Of a stretch of 64,000 nt of DNA, positions 1-10,175 are shown one piece after another. Position 1 is the stretch's first letter. Every line of letters begins with the position of its first letter. Source of the DNA: Candidatus Aegiribacteria sp. MLS_C (lineage in GTDB: Bacteria; Fermentibacterota; Fermentibacteria; Fermentibacterales; JCC-6); NCBI GenBank assembly GCA_002030045.1, contig LQBI01000024.1:202848-266847 (forward strand). Reading direction: 5' to 3'. The notes beneath the pieces are model-generated. The model worked only from the letters and a program-made list of their open reading frames with translations, ran no database searches and was not told where the DNA came from. The position numbers and the translations under genes were made by a program.

Positions 1-591
1 CGGCGAAGACCGGTATTCTGAAGTTGTCATCCAGAGGGAGGTAGAAGAGTTCTGAAAGCGTTGCCACCAGCGACCCCACGATGAGAGTGACGGGAGTGAA
101 CCTCCATCCGAACTCCGGCGACGCCCAGAGAGCAAAAAGACTTATTAGCAGGCAGGTGTTGAACGCGGCAAGGCTGCCTTCCAGCGTCCTCTGGCCCACC
201 AGCCTGATTCTTCCGAAGTGCTTGCCCACCAGAGCGGCCGCACTGTCCCCCAGGCTGAGGTACATCAGCGACACCACCGCTATCTCCTCGCGGAACACCA
301 GGATGGTGAAGGCGGCCGAGGCCACCAGGATGGTGGATGCGGTCATGCCGCCCTGCAGCTCGTTCTTTCGGAGCACCTTGCCGAAGAAACGCATCATGAA
401 GCTCTTGAATGGCCTGTAACGGGCCTTCAGGAAATCCAGGGCTAGAAGCACCACCGCCAGGAGGGCAAGCGATCCCGATAGATAGAGCCTGCCGCTGACT
501 GGATATGCGTTGTGAACGACTATGACGGCCATCGGAAAAACCGCGGACCCGATGTGTATGGTTTTCCTTATCGATTCCTCAAAATGCGGCA
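1..591 (-). CDS. Dolichol/phytol kinase-like CTP-dependent polyprenol kinase family membrane protein. Partial: the gene starts at 591 and its 3' end lies beyond the window start.
   Basis: My own minus-strand translation gives MPHFEESIRK...LSLGDSAAALVGKHFGRIRLVGQRTLEGSLAAF. The GDSxAAxVGKxFG motif plus several TM helices is typical of the dolichol-kinase/DGK1/VTE5 family. No stop codon before the window edge. Confidence 0.45.
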
Positions 592-621
592 TGGGAGCGC
601 CTCACGCGTCCTGCGAGGAGA

Positions 622-1701
622 TCAGAAACCGGCTCCGAGGGAAACTCTGTGAGTGGCATCGAGGTCCTGGTGGCCCAGATACGCATAGTCCAGTCCGACC
701 GGATGGTCCATGAGGCGGAAACTGAGACCGAGGCCGGCCGTCATGTTGCCCTCGGAGGAGCCTATCCTTAGAGCTACGAGGTCCTTCACCAGGAATTCCG
801 CACCTAAATGTGTGTCCAGGCTGACGCCGCTGAAATTGTACTGGGCGGAATACTCCCGGCCTTCGAAACGGAAGTCTCCATCGGCGGCGATGGTTGCTAC
901 AGTGGCGAACTTGCTGATAGGCCACTTCAGGGCAAGGCCCAGCTTGACGGTGGGCAGTACGCTCTCGCTGACGCCGTTGTTCCAGAAGAGATGGGTACCG
1001 GATATGTCCTGAAGGTTCACCCCGACGGAGAACGCGTCCGAAGGCTGGTACCTTGCTCCGATGTCGAGACCCAGACCGAAGGCGCTGTACCCCATCAGCC
1101 CTCTTCTTATGACCTTGGCGGATGCGCCTACTGAGAACTCCCCGCTCAGCATACGTGACCAGGAGAGGTAGAGGGCCCAGTCCACTGCGCTGTCGTAGGT
1201 TATCAGGCTCTCGTCGTAGACTATCTCCTCGCCGGGATCCCACTCGCCGTTGCCCTCGGTCCCGTCGGGATTGGAGACGGGATCCCAGTCATCGTCGCCT
1301 GCGTCCCCCGGAACGCCGGTGCCGTCCTCCCCGAAGACCCCGTCGGAGCCCGTGTCGTACCATGGAAGGCTGTTGGTGTTGGGGATGTCGCTTATGCCGG
1401 TCCTGAAGAGGCTGGCACCCAGCCCGGTCTCGCCGTCGGACCTCCCGTAACCCAGATAATCGTACTTGACCAGACCGCCGAAACGTTCAGAATGCATGAA
1501 CTGCGCCTGCTGCCCCCGCAGGAGATGCAGGCCGGCGGGATTCCAGTATCCCGAAGAAACGTCGTCCACCACTGCGCAGAAGGCTCCGCCCATGCCCAGT
1601 CCCCTGGCTCCGGCGCCTACGGAGAGGAACTCTCCCGCGTACTTGGCCGCGCCTGACACTGATACAGCAAGCAGCAGCGCCAGCAAGTATATGATCTTCA
1701 T
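622..1701 (-). CDS. Outer-membrane beta-barrel protein, PorV/PorQ/FadL-like (candidate T9SS-associated channel).
   Basis: Signal peptide MKIIYLLALLLAVSVSGAA. GYWNPAGL motif near the N-terminus. Alternating beta-strand pattern. C-terminal aromatic ...SLGAGF. Confidence 0.5.
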   Translation of the reverse strand: MKIIYLLALLLAVSVSGAAKYAGEFLSVGAGARGLGMGGAFCAVVDDVSSGYWNPAGLHLLRGQQAQFMHSERFGGLVKYDYLGYGRSDGETGLGASLFRTGISDIPNTNSLPWYDTGSDGVFGEDGTGVPGDAGDDDWDPVSNPDGTEGNGEWDPGEEIVYDESLITYDSAVDWALYLSWSRMLSGEFSVGASAKVIRRGLMGYSAFGLGLDIGARYQPSDAFSVGVNLQDISGTHLFWNNGVSESVLPTVKLGLALKWPISKFATVATIAADGDFRFEGREYSAQYNFSGVSLDTHLGAEFLVKDLVALRIGSSEGNMTAGLGLSFRLMDHPVGLDYAYLGHQDLDATHRVSLGAGF

Positions 1702-1722
1702 GTTACCAGCCCGTTCATGGTA

Positions 1723-2067
1723 TTACCCGGTGGATTCCATGTCGGAGGTGTACTTTACGATTGTCCTGCGACCATCCTCCGTGATCCTGGTGAAGAATAG
1801 ACCTATTCCGTAGGATCCGTCGGAGAGTTCCTCCTCCCTTATGACCACTGCCCGGGCAGGTATCTCGGGGCTTCCGTCTATCCTCAGGACAAGGTTGACC
1901 CTGGTCAGTTCGCCGAGGCTCCTTGAACTCACGCAGTAGATCCCCGAAGCGCTGATGTTTATGGCGGTCGCCGGAAGCATCGGCATGTCCTTCGGGCTGA
2001 CGCTCAGCTCGCAGTCGACACTGGCCCTGGAGAACAGTCTCTTCTCGGAGAGGGGGTTTTCGTGCAC
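1723..2067 (-). CDS. PilZ domain protein (c-di-GMP binding).
   Basis: RxxxR-like KRLFSR element and N-I-S-A-S-G matching the (D/N)xSxxG PilZ motif. 114 aa. Confidence 0.55.
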   Translation of the reverse strand: MHENPLSEKRLFSRASVDCELSVSPKDMPMLPATAINISASGIYCVSSRSLGELTRVNLVLRIDGSPEIPARAVVIREEELSDGSYGIGLFFTRITEDGRRTIVKYTSDMESTG

Positions 2068-2449
2068 TGTCGATCTGCCTTTCGATGCCGCATTAACCTT
2101 CGATCAGGATAATGCCAATGCTACCCCTGAAGTTCCGGCGTGTCAATGTTCACCCCAGTCTGAAGGCACTCCGCGCCTTCTTCCGGCAGTGCTTTACTGA
2201 ACGGCTCTATTCCGGTCCGCTCCCATTGGTTCCAGGCCAGTGAGCATACTTCCGATTCTGCGGCGGCAGGACAGCGGCACTTGCGGCCGGCGGATATTTT
2301 TCGATATTTCAGGTATTGTTCTGTTCACGGGGTGCTTCAGGACCTTCAGGAAGGTTGTCTGTAACAGGGTACGGTTCTACCGTCCAACCCTCGGTTCTTG
2401 TTCATGTCCTGGAGCGCAGTAAATAGTAGTTCTCAAACAGGAGGTGAAA

Positions 2450-2875
2450 ATGAGCTACCTCAGCGGTATTTGGCTGGTCGTACTGGGTATCCTTGCGGCG
2501 CCGAACCTCATCATATCCAGGAAGCCCGAGGCGAAGGAGATCATCGCAAAGATGGTCCCCTACCAGGGCTGGTTCGGTGCTATATCCGCAGTCTATGGGG
2601 TCATCGACATAATCAGGTTCATCGGCCGGCTCGACTGGTTCGAGTACATTCCCGTCGGAATGATAACCTTCATCGCGGGCGCCGTGGTCACACTTGCCCT
2701 GGGTCTTCTTCTCGGCATAGGCGTGATCAAGTCCTTCGTGAGTTCCGACGAAGCCAAGGCCAAGATGGACGAGATGATAGCCAAGCTCGCTCCGAAGCAG
2801 GGAACCCTCGGGCTCCTGGGTATCATCATCGGTCTCTGGATCATAGTCTACCGTCTTCTGGACCTCGCTCTCTAG
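2450..2875 (+). CDS. Small integral membrane protein, unknown function.
   Basis: Four predicted TM helices. GGAGG RBS 5 nt upstream of ATG 2450. Followed by a strong terminator. Confidence 0.5.
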   Translation: MSYLSGIWLVVLGILAAPNLIISRKPEAKEIIAKMVPYQGWFGAISAVYGVIDIIRFIGRLDWFEYIPVGMITFIAGAVVTLALGLLLGIGVIKSFVSSDEAKAKMDEMIAKLAPKQGTLGLLGIIIGLWIIVYRLLDLAL

Positions 2876-2897
2876 TTCTCAGGGACATGACACAGCC

Positions 2898-2929
2898 GGG
2901 AGCGGTCAACGACCGCTCCCGTTCTTTTT
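2898..2929 (+). terminator. Rho-independent terminator.
   Basis: GGGAGCGGTC-aac-GACCGCTCCC perfect 10-bp GC-rich stem followed by GTTCTTTTT. Confidence 0.75.
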
Positions 2930-3030
2930 CGGGCCTTCTCGTGCAGCGGCTGCAGGGAGTGTATTGACAGACGGCGGCCATCGAGTAGCTTCAGTCTGAT
3001 CACCGTCAAGAGCAATGAAGGGGGTGGAGA

Positions 3031-4383
3031 ATGCCGATAACGCAGCAGCAGGGCGACTACATCAGGAAGCTCATCGCCAGCGGCGCGCGGAGCAGGGCGG
3101 TGCTTGTGCTCAAGAAGATGCACCCGGCGGACATCGCCGACCTTTTCGGTACGCTGACCCCACCCGAAGCAACCATCCTGGTGGAACTCCTCTTCACGCA
3201 GAAAATGGCGGACAAGGTCCTTCTTGAACTGCCGGAAGGCATACTCCTCGAGGTTCTCGGCCGCATGGAGGATTCCAGGGCGGCGGAAATGCTCTCCCTC
3301 CTTGAATCCAACGACGCTCTGCTCTTCCTTCAGGCCCTTCCGGAGGATCGCAGGGACGAGATACTCCAGCTCCTGCCCCCTGTCCGGAAGCACCGAATAG
3401 AGCAGCTGCTCATCTATCCCGAGGATTCCGCCGGATACGTGATGAGCGACAGTTTCATGTCCATCAGCACCGAACTCACGGCCCAGCAGGCGGTGGAGGT
3501 AATCAGGGAGCAGAGCGAGGACGTGGACGTACCCTTCTACGTCTACGTTACCGGCGAGACGGGCAGGCTCACCGGGGTCGTCCCCCTACGCAGGCTGGTC
3601 ACCTGCCCGCCTGACACCCCCGTCAGGAGCCTGATGATGGCGGACCCATTCACGGTCAACGTGAATTCCGACCGCGAGGAAGCCGCCATTCTGGCCAGGA
3701 AGTACGACATCATGGCCATTCCGGTGGTGGACGACAACCACCGGCTGCTGGGGGTCATACCCGGCGACAGCCTGTTCGATGTAATGGAGGAGGAAGCCAC
3801 CGAGGACATGTACAGGATGGCCGGCCTCTCGGAGGACGACAGGATATTCAGCCCGGTCTCCACCGCATTCCGCCAGCGATTCCCCTGGATATGGGTCAAC
3901 CTGTTGACCGCCTTCGTGGCCTCGACTGTGGTCAGGGCCTTCCAGGGCACCATAGAGTCAGTGGCCACCCTTGTGGCCTTCATGCCCATAGTCGCCGGAA
4001 TGAGCGGCAACACCGGGAACCAGTCCCTGATCGTCATCACCAGGGGCATAGCCCTTGGAGAGATGGAATTCTCCTCCAGCCTCAGGGCCATCTTCAAGGA
4101 GGCCAGGGTCGGTGTCCTGCTGGGCCTGGTGGCGGGAACGATTGCCGCGGGCGTTGCCCTTGTCTTCCCGGGGAACACCGATCCCCTGCTCCTGGGCCTG
4201 GTGATTTTCATGGCCATAGTCGGCAACATGGGTCTCGCCGGGCTCCTGGGCGCCGCCATACCGCTGGTGCTGAGGTCCCTGGGCAGGGATCCTGCGCTGG
4301 GCAGCAACATCCTTCTGACCGCATTCACGGATTCCCTGGGCTACCTTCTGCTCCTCGGCCTGGGAATGCTCGTGATACTGTAG
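3031..4383 (+). CDS. mgtE: Magnesium transporter MgtE.
   Basis: MgtE N-domain, tandem CBS region (PFYVYVTGETGRLTGVVPLRRLV) and a C-terminal 5-TM divalent-cation-transporter domain. GGGGGTGGAG RBS. Confidence 0.85.
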   Translation: MPITQQQGDYIRKLIASGARSRAVLVLKKMHPADIADLFGTLTPPEATILVELLFTQKMADKVLLELPEGILLEVLGRMEDSRAAEMLSLLESNDALLFLQALPEDRRDEILQLLPPVRKHRIEQLLIYPEDSAGYVMSDSFMSISTELTAQQAVEVIREQSEDVDVPFYVYVTGETGRLTGVVPLRRLVTCPPDTPVRSLMMADPFTVNVNSDREEAAILARKYDIMAIPVVDDNHRLLGVIPGDSLFDVMEEEATEDMYRMAGLSEDDRIFSPVSTAFRQRFPWIWVNLLTAFVASTVVRAFQGTIESVATLVAFMPIVAGMSGNTGNQSLIVITRGIALGEMEFSSSLRAIFKEARVGVLLGLVAGTIAAGVALVFPGNTDPLLLGLVIFMAIVGNMGLAGLLGAAIPLVLRSLGRDPALGSNILLTAFTDSLGYLLLLGLGMLVIL

Positions 4384-6587
4384 TGATCCCCGCAACGATC
4401 CTTACCGGTGACGAGATCAGGAGAATCGAGGAAGCTACCCTTCCCGACCCCTTCATGTTACTCGGAATGCACCCCCTCGGACCGGAACACGGAAACCGGC
4501 TGGAGATCAGGGTCTTCTGTCCTCCCGCGGCGGGCATAGGGATAAGAGCGGAGGAGGGATCGCTGCTGGCCATGAAGAGGGTGACCGATTCCGGTCTCTT
4601 CGTCTGGGCTTCAAGAAATGCGGCGGACCCCTTCCCCTATACACTGGTAATAAGAACAGCGGATGGAGGCTGGGAGATGCCGGATCCCTACAGCTTCCTG
4701 CCACAGCTCGGCGAGCTGGACCTCCACCTCCTTGCAGAGGGGAACCACTACAGGCTCTACGAGAGACTCGGGGCAAGGTTGTGGACAGCGGGGAAAACAC
4801 GGGGCGTGCTCTTCTCGGTATGGGCCCCCAACGCAGCCGCAGTGAGCGTGATCTCCAGCTTCAACGACTGGGACAGGCGGCGACACCCGATGAGGACCAG
4901 GGGCAGCTCCGGCGTATGGGAACTCTTCGTCCCCGGAGCGGCACCCGGAGACCTCTACAAGTATTCGATCCTCTCCACCGGGGGCTCACTGCTGGAGAAG
5001 TCCGACCCGCTGGGCCTCGCCATGGAGTTCAGGCCCAGGACCGCCTCCGTGGTCGCTGACATCGACTCCTTCCAGTGGACAGACCAGGAATGGATGGAGG
5101 CGAGGCGAGGAAGGGACCACCGCACCTCGCCCCTCTCCATATACGAGATGCACGCCGGCTCCTGGAGGGGCACTTCGGACTGGAGGGATTTCACATCCTG
5201 GGAGGAACTGGCGGACCAGCTCATTCCCTACCTCACGGAATCCGGTTTCACTCACGTGGAACTCATGCCCGTCATGGAGCATCCCTTCGACGGTTCATGG
5301 GGCTACCAGACGCTGGGTTACTTCGCGCCCACCAGCCGCCTCGGGTCCCCCCGGGACTTCCAGGGGTTCGTGGACAGGCTGCACGGGGCATCCATCGGTG
5401 TGATACTGGACTGGGCTCCGGCGCATTTTCCATCCGACCCGTCCGGTCTGGCGTATTTCGACGGCACCTGCCTGTACGAGCACCAGGACCCCAGGATGGG
5501 CCGGCATCCCGACTGGGATACCCTGGTCTTCAACTACGACCGCAGGGAGGTCAGGAACTTCCTTGTCGCCAGCGGCCTCTTCTGGCTGGACAGGTACCAC
5601 ATCGACGGCCTGCGGGTGGACGCGGTGGCATCCATGCTTTACCTCGACTACTCGAGGAACGAGGGTGAGTGGGTCCCCAACGTCCACGGCGGCAGGGAGA
5701 ACCTTGGAGCCATCGAGTTCCTGAAGACTCTGAATTCCATCGCTTCCAGGGATTTCCCGGGAGCTATGACCATTGCCGAGGAGAGCACCTCATGGCCGGG
5801 AGTAACGGCACCCCTCGACAAGGGCGGGCTGGGCTTCACCTTCAAGTGGAACATGGGCTGGATGCACGATACTCTGAGTTTCTTCTCCAGGGAACCGGTG
5901 CACAGGAAGCACCACCTGGACGACCTGACCTTCTCGCTTCTCTACGCTTTCAGCGAGAGGTTCATACTTCCCTTCTCCCACGACGAGGTGGTGCACGGCA
6001 AGGCATCCCTCATCGGCAAGTGTCCCGGCGACCGGTGGCAGAAGTTCGCCAATCTCAGGCTGCTTCTCGCTTACCAGTGGTGCCATCCCGGCAAGCAGCT
6101 GTTATTCATGGGCTCAGAGTTCGGACAGTGGAGGGAATGGGACCACGACTCGGAACTGGACTGGGAGCTGCTCCGGTACGGTGAGCACTCGGGACTCAGA
6201 CTCCTGGTGGGGGACCTCAACCGTCTGCTCGCGTCGGACCCGGTCTTCAGCGGCAGCGACTGCGACCCGTCGGGCTTCCGCTGGATAGACTTCAGCGACA
6301 CCCTTTCCACGGTGGTCTCCTTCCTCAGGTTCTCATCCGGCGGCGATCATGCTGTGTGTGTGTTCAACATGACACCTGTCGTCAGGGAGGGTTACACCCT
6401 GGGCGTGCCCGGCCCGGGAAGCTATTCGGAGGTGCTGAACACCGACTCCGAGTCCTACGGGGGATCGGGCTCCGGGAACCTGGGCCGGGTGGACAGCAGG
6501 GAACAGGGAATGCACGGTCTCCCCTGCTCGGTCAGCCTTACCCTTCCCCCGCTGGCTGCCCTGGTTCTCAGACCGGAAAGGAGGTAG
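4383..6587 (+). CDS. glgB: 1,4-alpha-glucan branching enzyme GlgB (GH13). Probable GTG start overlapping the mgtE stop.
   Basis: LPDPFMLLGMHP corresponds to the ADPFSVLGMH N-terminal region of E. coli GlgB (recalled from memory). CBM48 region and GH13 catalytic core (GLRVDAVASMLY, FNYDRREVRNFL). The 898-aa ORF from 3891 is an upstream over-extension in the mgtE antisense frame. Confidence 0.85.
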   Translation: MIPATILTGDEIRRIEEATLPDPFMLLGMHPLGPEHGNRLEIRVFCPPAAGIGIRAEEGSLLAMKRVTDSGLFVWASRNAADPFPYTLVIRTADGGWEMPDPYSFLPQLGELDLHLLAEGNHYRLYERLGARLWTAGKTRGVLFSVWAPNAAAVSVISSFNDWDRRRHPMRTRGSSGVWELFVPGAAPGDLYKYSILSTGGSLLEKSDPLGLAMEFRPRTASVVADIDSFQWTDQEWMEARRGRDHRTSPLSIYEMHAGSWRGTSDWRDFTSWEELADQLIPYLTESGFTHVELMPVMEHPFDGSWGYQTLGYFAPTSRLGSPRDFQGFVDRLHGASIGVILDWAPAHFPSDPSGLAYFDGTCLYEHQDPRMGRHPDWDTLVFNYDRREVRNFLVASGLFWLDRYHIDGLRVDAVASMLYLDYSRNEGEWVPNVHGGRENLGAIEFLKTLNSIASRDFPGAMTIAEESTSWPGVTAPLDKGGLGFTFKWNMGWMHDTLSFFSREPVHRKHHLDDLTFSLLYAFSERFILPFSHDEVVHGKASLIGKCPGDRWQKFANLRLLLAYQWCHPGKQLLFMGSEFGQWREWDHDSELDWELLRYGEHSGLRLLVGDLNRLLASDPVFSGSDCDPSGFRWIDFSDTLSTVVSFLRFSSGGDHAVCVFNMTPVVREGYTLGVPGPGSYSEVLNTDSESYGGSGSGNLGRVDSREQGMHGLPCSVSLTLPPLAALVLRPERR

Positions 6588-6591
6588 CCGA

Positions 6592-7053
6592 ATGCCGGTT
6601 TCCGAAGGAGAGGACTTCGTTTTCACCGCGGAAATGACCTATACCGGCGCAGCGGGTACTGGCAGAGGCTGTCTGCTTGGAAGCCGGGACCTCATCCTCC
6701 AGCTTCCCGTCCGGACCTTCACGGGAAGCGAAAGGACCATGGGCACCAGGGACTGGTTCATCGAGGGCAGACCCGTGGTCGAGTACGTCAGGTCGCGACT
6801 GGAGGACCCGGCCATAGATGCTACGGGTCTGGACGGGCTCATGCGGGAACTGGCCTCCGCCGTCGAGGGAGCGGTACTGGTAGACCTATCCGTGGTCCGC
6901 CGCTTCAAAGTGAGGACCTCCCTCCTTTCAGGAGGCATCTACACAAGCCTCCGGGACAGCGGACCCGGCTGGAAGGGATTCCCTCTCAGGAAGGCGGACG
7001 CCGCCGGGTTCAGGGATTCCTACCGGGGCCATCCCGCCTCTGCGGGAGGCTGA
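6592..7053 (+). CDS. Hypothetical protein.
   Basis: 153-aa ORF 4 nt after the glgB stop, same strand. No recognisable motif. Confidence 0.3.
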   Translation: MPVSEGEDFVFTAEMTYTGAAGTGRGCLLGSRDLILQLPVRTFTGSERTMGTRDWFIEGRPVVEYVRSRLEDPAIDATGLDGLMRELASAVEGAVLVDLSVVRRFKVRTSLLSGGIYTSLRDSGPGWKGFPLRKADAAGFRDSYRGHPASAGG

Positions 7054-7377
7054 ATGAGACTGGACTACTCCATCGGACTTGTCAGAGCGGAACTCTATTT
7101 CAGGGGAGCCAGGACCCTGAAGGACAGGAGGTCCCACCTCCGCTCCCTCAGGGACAGGCTCGAGAACATGGGTTTCTCAGTGGCACAGACCGGTCCTCCC
7201 GACATTGTATCAAGGACCTGGCTGGTGGCTGTGACCGCATCGGGATCCAGGTCAATGGTAGGCAGGAACCTGGACAGGGCGCGGGAGCTGCTTGACCAGC
7301 CGGTCTGGGAACTGGTGTTCCTGAGCCTGGATATCATGGGAGACGGAGAGACACTTCCAGAATGGGAGACATCATGA
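7054..7377 (+). CDS. DUF503 (YlxP-like) family protein.
   Basis: [45 protein letters not shown] matches the DUF503 N-terminal pattern. Abuts the previous stop. Confidence 0.55.
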   Translation: MRLDYSIGLVRAELYFRGARTLKDRRSHLRSLRDRLENMGFSVAQTGPPDIVSRTWLVAVTASGSRSMVGRNLDRARELLDQPVWELVFLSLDIMGDGETLPEWETS

Positions 7378-7793
7378 GATCTCACAGGAAATATCTGTGG
7401 TTCGACACCCCTTCGCGGAGGGACTATATCAACATCACTCCCGACGTGGAAAGGGAACTCAGGGACAGCGGAATAAGGGAGGGGCTCTGTCTGGTCAACG
7501 CCATGCACATAACGGCCAGCGTCTACATAAACGACGACGAACCCGGGCTCCTTGCGGACTACGACCGCTGGCTGGAGGAACTTGCGCCGCACGAGCCTCT
7601 GTCCAGGTACAGGCACAACAATACGGGGGAGGACAACGGTGACGCTCACCTGAAGAGGCAGATCATGGGCAGGGAGGTGGTGGTTGCGGTCACCGACGGA
7701 AAGCTGGACCTTGGACCATGGGAACAGATCTTCTACGGCGAATTCGACGGGCGAAGGCGCAAGCGGGTGATGGTCAAGATAATCGGGGAATGA
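7374..7793 (+). CDS. yjbQ: YjbQ/UPF0047 family protein (secondary thiamine-phosphate synthase-like).
   Basis: HITASV and [39 protein letters not shown] are hallmark UPF0047 motifs. Confidence 0.8.
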   Translation: MRSHRKYLWFDTPSRRDYINITPDVERELRDSGIREGLCLVNAMHITASVYINDDEPGLLADYDRWLEELAPHEPLSRYRHNNTGEDNGDAHLKRQIMGREVVVAVTDGKLDLGPWEQIFYGEFDGRRRKRVMVKIIGE

Positions 7794-7820
7794 GCCGCAC
7801 TGTGCGGCTCTGTTCCGTAT
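7792..7820 (+). terminator. Possible terminator hairpin after yjbQ.
   Basis: GAGCCGCAC/GTGCGGCTC 9-bp inverted repeat overlapping the stop codon. The downstream T-run is weak (tgttccgtatgtagcgtttt). Confidence 0.3.
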
Positions 7821-7847
7821 GTAGCGTTTTCATGAAAGGACAGCGGC

Positions 7848-8570
7848 ATGAGAGTTCCAACAGCATTGCTGGCGGCCATAGCACTGATCACCGCGGCTCC
7901 CGTAGCCGGGCAGGAATACTGGGAGTATCCCGCAACCATCAGTTCGACCGGATTGGGCACGGCATCTGCGGAGCCTGACGTGGCTTCCGTGACATTCGGT
8001 GTGAGCATCACCCGGTCGACCCCGGACGGTGCGGTGGACGAGGCCGGAAGGCTGATGGAATCCGCCATGGCAGCCGCCCGCAGTGAGGGGGTCAGGGGAC
8101 AGGACATGCAGACCACCAGCTACAACCTCTGGGTGCAGGAGGTCTGGGACGACTACGATTACGCTTACACCGGCGAGATGGAATACGTCGTCACGCACTA
8201 CGTCCAGGCAGAGGTCACTGACATCAATTCAGTGGGCGACGTACTGGCGGCAGTGGTGGAGGCCGGGGCCAACTCCATAACCGGAGTCTACTTCCATGTG
8301 GAAGACACCGCGGCTCTCTACGAGGAGGCCCGGGTACTTGCGGCCCGCAACGCCGTGGAGAAGGCGGAACAGCTCGCGGAAGCCTTCGGTGTCGAGCTGG
8401 GAGAGCTCCAGTCCATCAGCGAATGGACCAACAGCAACTACGGTTACGGTTACGACAGCGCCTACTACAACTACGGCGGAGGGGCAGGCTACACCGAATC
8501 CCCTCCCGTCACTCCCGGCGCCTACTCCATAACCGTCGAGGTATCCGCCACCTACGAAATAGTCCAGTAG
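7848..8570 (+). CDS. SIMPL-domain (DUF541) secreted protein.
   Basis: Signal peptide MRVPTALLAAIALITAAPVAG. SIMPL-like core and a Tyr/Gly-rich C-terminal segment. Confidence 0.55.
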   Translation: MRVPTALLAAIALITAAPVAGQEYWEYPATISSTGLGTASAEPDVASVTFGVSITRSTPDGAVDEAGRLMESAMAAARSEGVRGQDMQTTSYNLWVQEVWDDYDYAYTGEMEYVVTHYVQAEVTDINSVGDVLAAVVEAGANSITGVYFHVEDTAALYEEARVLAARNAVEKAEQLAEAFGVELGELQSISEWTNSNYGYGYDSAYYNYGGGAGYTESPPVTPGAYSITVEVSATYEIVQ

Positions 8571-8571
8571 C

Positions 8572-9078
8572 ATGGTGCGGGGAACCCTCCTTCTGCTGGC
8601 CCTGCTCTCCGGCGGTACTCCCCGGGAGGCTCTCGAGAATACCTGGGCTGCCGTACAGGAGGGTTCCCCGCGCATCTTCCTCGGTTCTCTGACTCCTGAG
8701 ACCTCCAGCTCCATCCTTGACAGCTGCAGTGTCTATCTGGACTTGCTCAGGTCGTACAGCCGTGAACGGCTGGGTGAGATCTTCGCCTCGCTCCGCATCG
8801 AGGCCGCCCCGGACGAAGTGCTTCGCTGGGACTCACTGGCCGTCCTGGAGATGATCATGTCCTCCCCCGGGCACCATGCCCTGGTCAACGATACGGATGT
8901 ACTGGTGGACAGCGTGAGGACCATTGACAGCATGGCAGTGGTACACGTAACGGTGGTGCTGCCGGACGGCAGCCGGGAACCGGTGGTATTCCATACCGCC
9001 CTATCCCCTCTCGGCTGGCGCACAGGCGGACTGGAGCCCCTGATGGGAGAAATACTGGAGGCCGTGCTGGCCGAATAG
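8572..9078 (+). CDS. Hypothetical secreted protein.
   Basis: N-terminal hydrophobic leader. ATG 2 nt after the previous stop. Confidence 0.35.
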   Translation: MVRGTLLLLALLSGGTPREALENTWAAVQEGSPRIFLGSLTPETSSSILDSCSVYLDLLRSYSRERLGEIFASLRIEAAPDEVLRWDSLAVLEMIMSSPGHHALVNDTDVLVDSVRTIDSMAVVHVTVVLPDGSREPVVFHTALSPLGWRTGGLEPLMGEILEAVLAE

Positions 9079-9207
9079 GTCTTCTGCAGTTCATTCATCA
9101 TCGCTGATTCCAGGGTGATGACAGACATGCCGCCTGTTCTTATATCTATGAAGGAGAATGCCCCCGGGACAGCGAGAAACCCGCAGGTTCCCGAAGAAGG
9201 AGGCATC

Positions 9208-10074
9208 ATGCACGGGGAACGGGCGACCGGGAGTGCCAGGACTCTCAATGTGGCATCGGTGACGATGTCCTGTCACCAGGACCCGGCATCCAATCTCGAG
9301 AAGATATCCGCAACGGTACGGACCGTAATGGCGGAGCATCCCCACACGCAGCTGATGGTTTTCGGCGAGATGATACTCGGATGGTACGATCCCGCCGAGA
9401 TGGCCGAGTATCACAGGGAGATCTCCATTCATGTCTCCCACGAAAGCCTGGGGATGATATCCGACCTGGCATCGGCCTACGGTGTTTACATCTCCCTCGG
9501 TTTTTCCGAGAACGACGGGGGTTACCTCTACGATTCCCAGGTGCTGTTCGACCGTAAGGGCAACCCCAGGACGCTGCACCGCAAGAGCATCCTCAGTGAT
9601 GCGGAATTCGCCTGCGGCTACCATGCAGGCGACGAACCGTTCACCATGACAGGGATCATGGGCAGGAAGACGGCCATGGTCATCGGTTCGGACCTGGCCA
9701 GGTTCTCGACGGTGAGGAAACTGGCTCTGAAACGGCCGGAACTGATCATCCTGGCCCTTGCCGACGACTCCGACCCCGACATGCTGATGGCAGGATTCAA
9801 CGCACGCCTCTACGATGCATGGATAGTGTCCGCCAACAGGTTCGGCCTGGAGGACGACCGCTTCTGGGACGGCCACGCAGCCATATCCGACCCCTGGGGG
9901 AGGCTCAGGGCGTCCTCATCCGGAAGGGGTTCCGTGCTCTACCACAGCATCCGTTTCCCGTCACGGAGCATTCCGGCGAGGTGTTCCAGGAAGCTGCTCA
10001 CACGGCTCCCTCTCCCCTTCCTGCTCCTCTTCCGCTGGAAACGTATTCGAAGCTGGTTCTCCCCGTCCGGCTGA
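9208..10074 (+). CDS. Carbon-nitrogen hydrolase (nitrilase/amidase superfamily) homolog. Catalytic Cys not conserved. C-terminus uncertain.
   Basis: The E (LMVFGEM) and K (TLHRKSIL) motifs of the CN-hydrolase triad are present. The expected G-x-C-x-D position reads MVIGSDLA, with no Cys. GGAGG RBS before ATG 9208. The final 60 aa or so are low-complexity, so a frameshift or an overlong call is possible. Confidence 0.5.
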   Translation: MHGERATGSARTLNVASVTMSCHQDPASNLEKISATVRTVMAEHPHTQLMVFGEMILGWYDPAEMAEYHREISIHVSHESLGMISDLASAYGVYISLGFSENDGGYLYDSQVLFDRKGNPRTLHRKSILSDAEFACGYHAGDEPFTMTGIMGRKTAMVIGSDLARFSTVRKLALKRPELIILALADDSDPDMLMAGFNARLYDAWIVSANRFGLEDDRFWDGHAAISDPWGRLRASSSGRGSVLYHSIRFPSRSIPARCSRKLLTRLPLPFLLLFRWKRIRSWFSPSG

Positions 10075-10175
10075 AAACCCACCAACGGCCGTTCCCGGGT
10101 CTCCATTCATTCGACCCCTTATATTCGGCCGGAAAGCTTAACGATCGGCCTACGGTACCATGCGGGAGGATCGAA

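Noticed and set aside
602-1406. Multiple overlapping 60-360-aa ORFs antisense or alternate-frame to the PorV-like gene and elsewhere (for example 602..1243, 1122..1406, 12114..12989, 14576..15418, 46156..47553, 48819..50753).
   Set aside because: Arg/Pro/Gly-rich, low-complexity translations typical of high-GC antisense frames. Each overlaps a well-supported gene on the other strand or frame.
2876-3030. Possible M-box (Mg2+) riboswitch upstream of mgtE.
   Set aside because: The leader contains only the upstream terminator and a TTGACA-like -35 element. No M-box conserved segments were recognisable.
3891-6587. 898-aa ORF spanning the mgtE 3' half and glgB.
   Set aside because: The N-terminal 160 aa or so are an out-of-frame read-through of mgtE (Pro/Gly/Arg-rich, no homology). 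The real glgB starts at GTG 4383, where the conserved N-terminal ...PDPFMLLGMH alignment begins.
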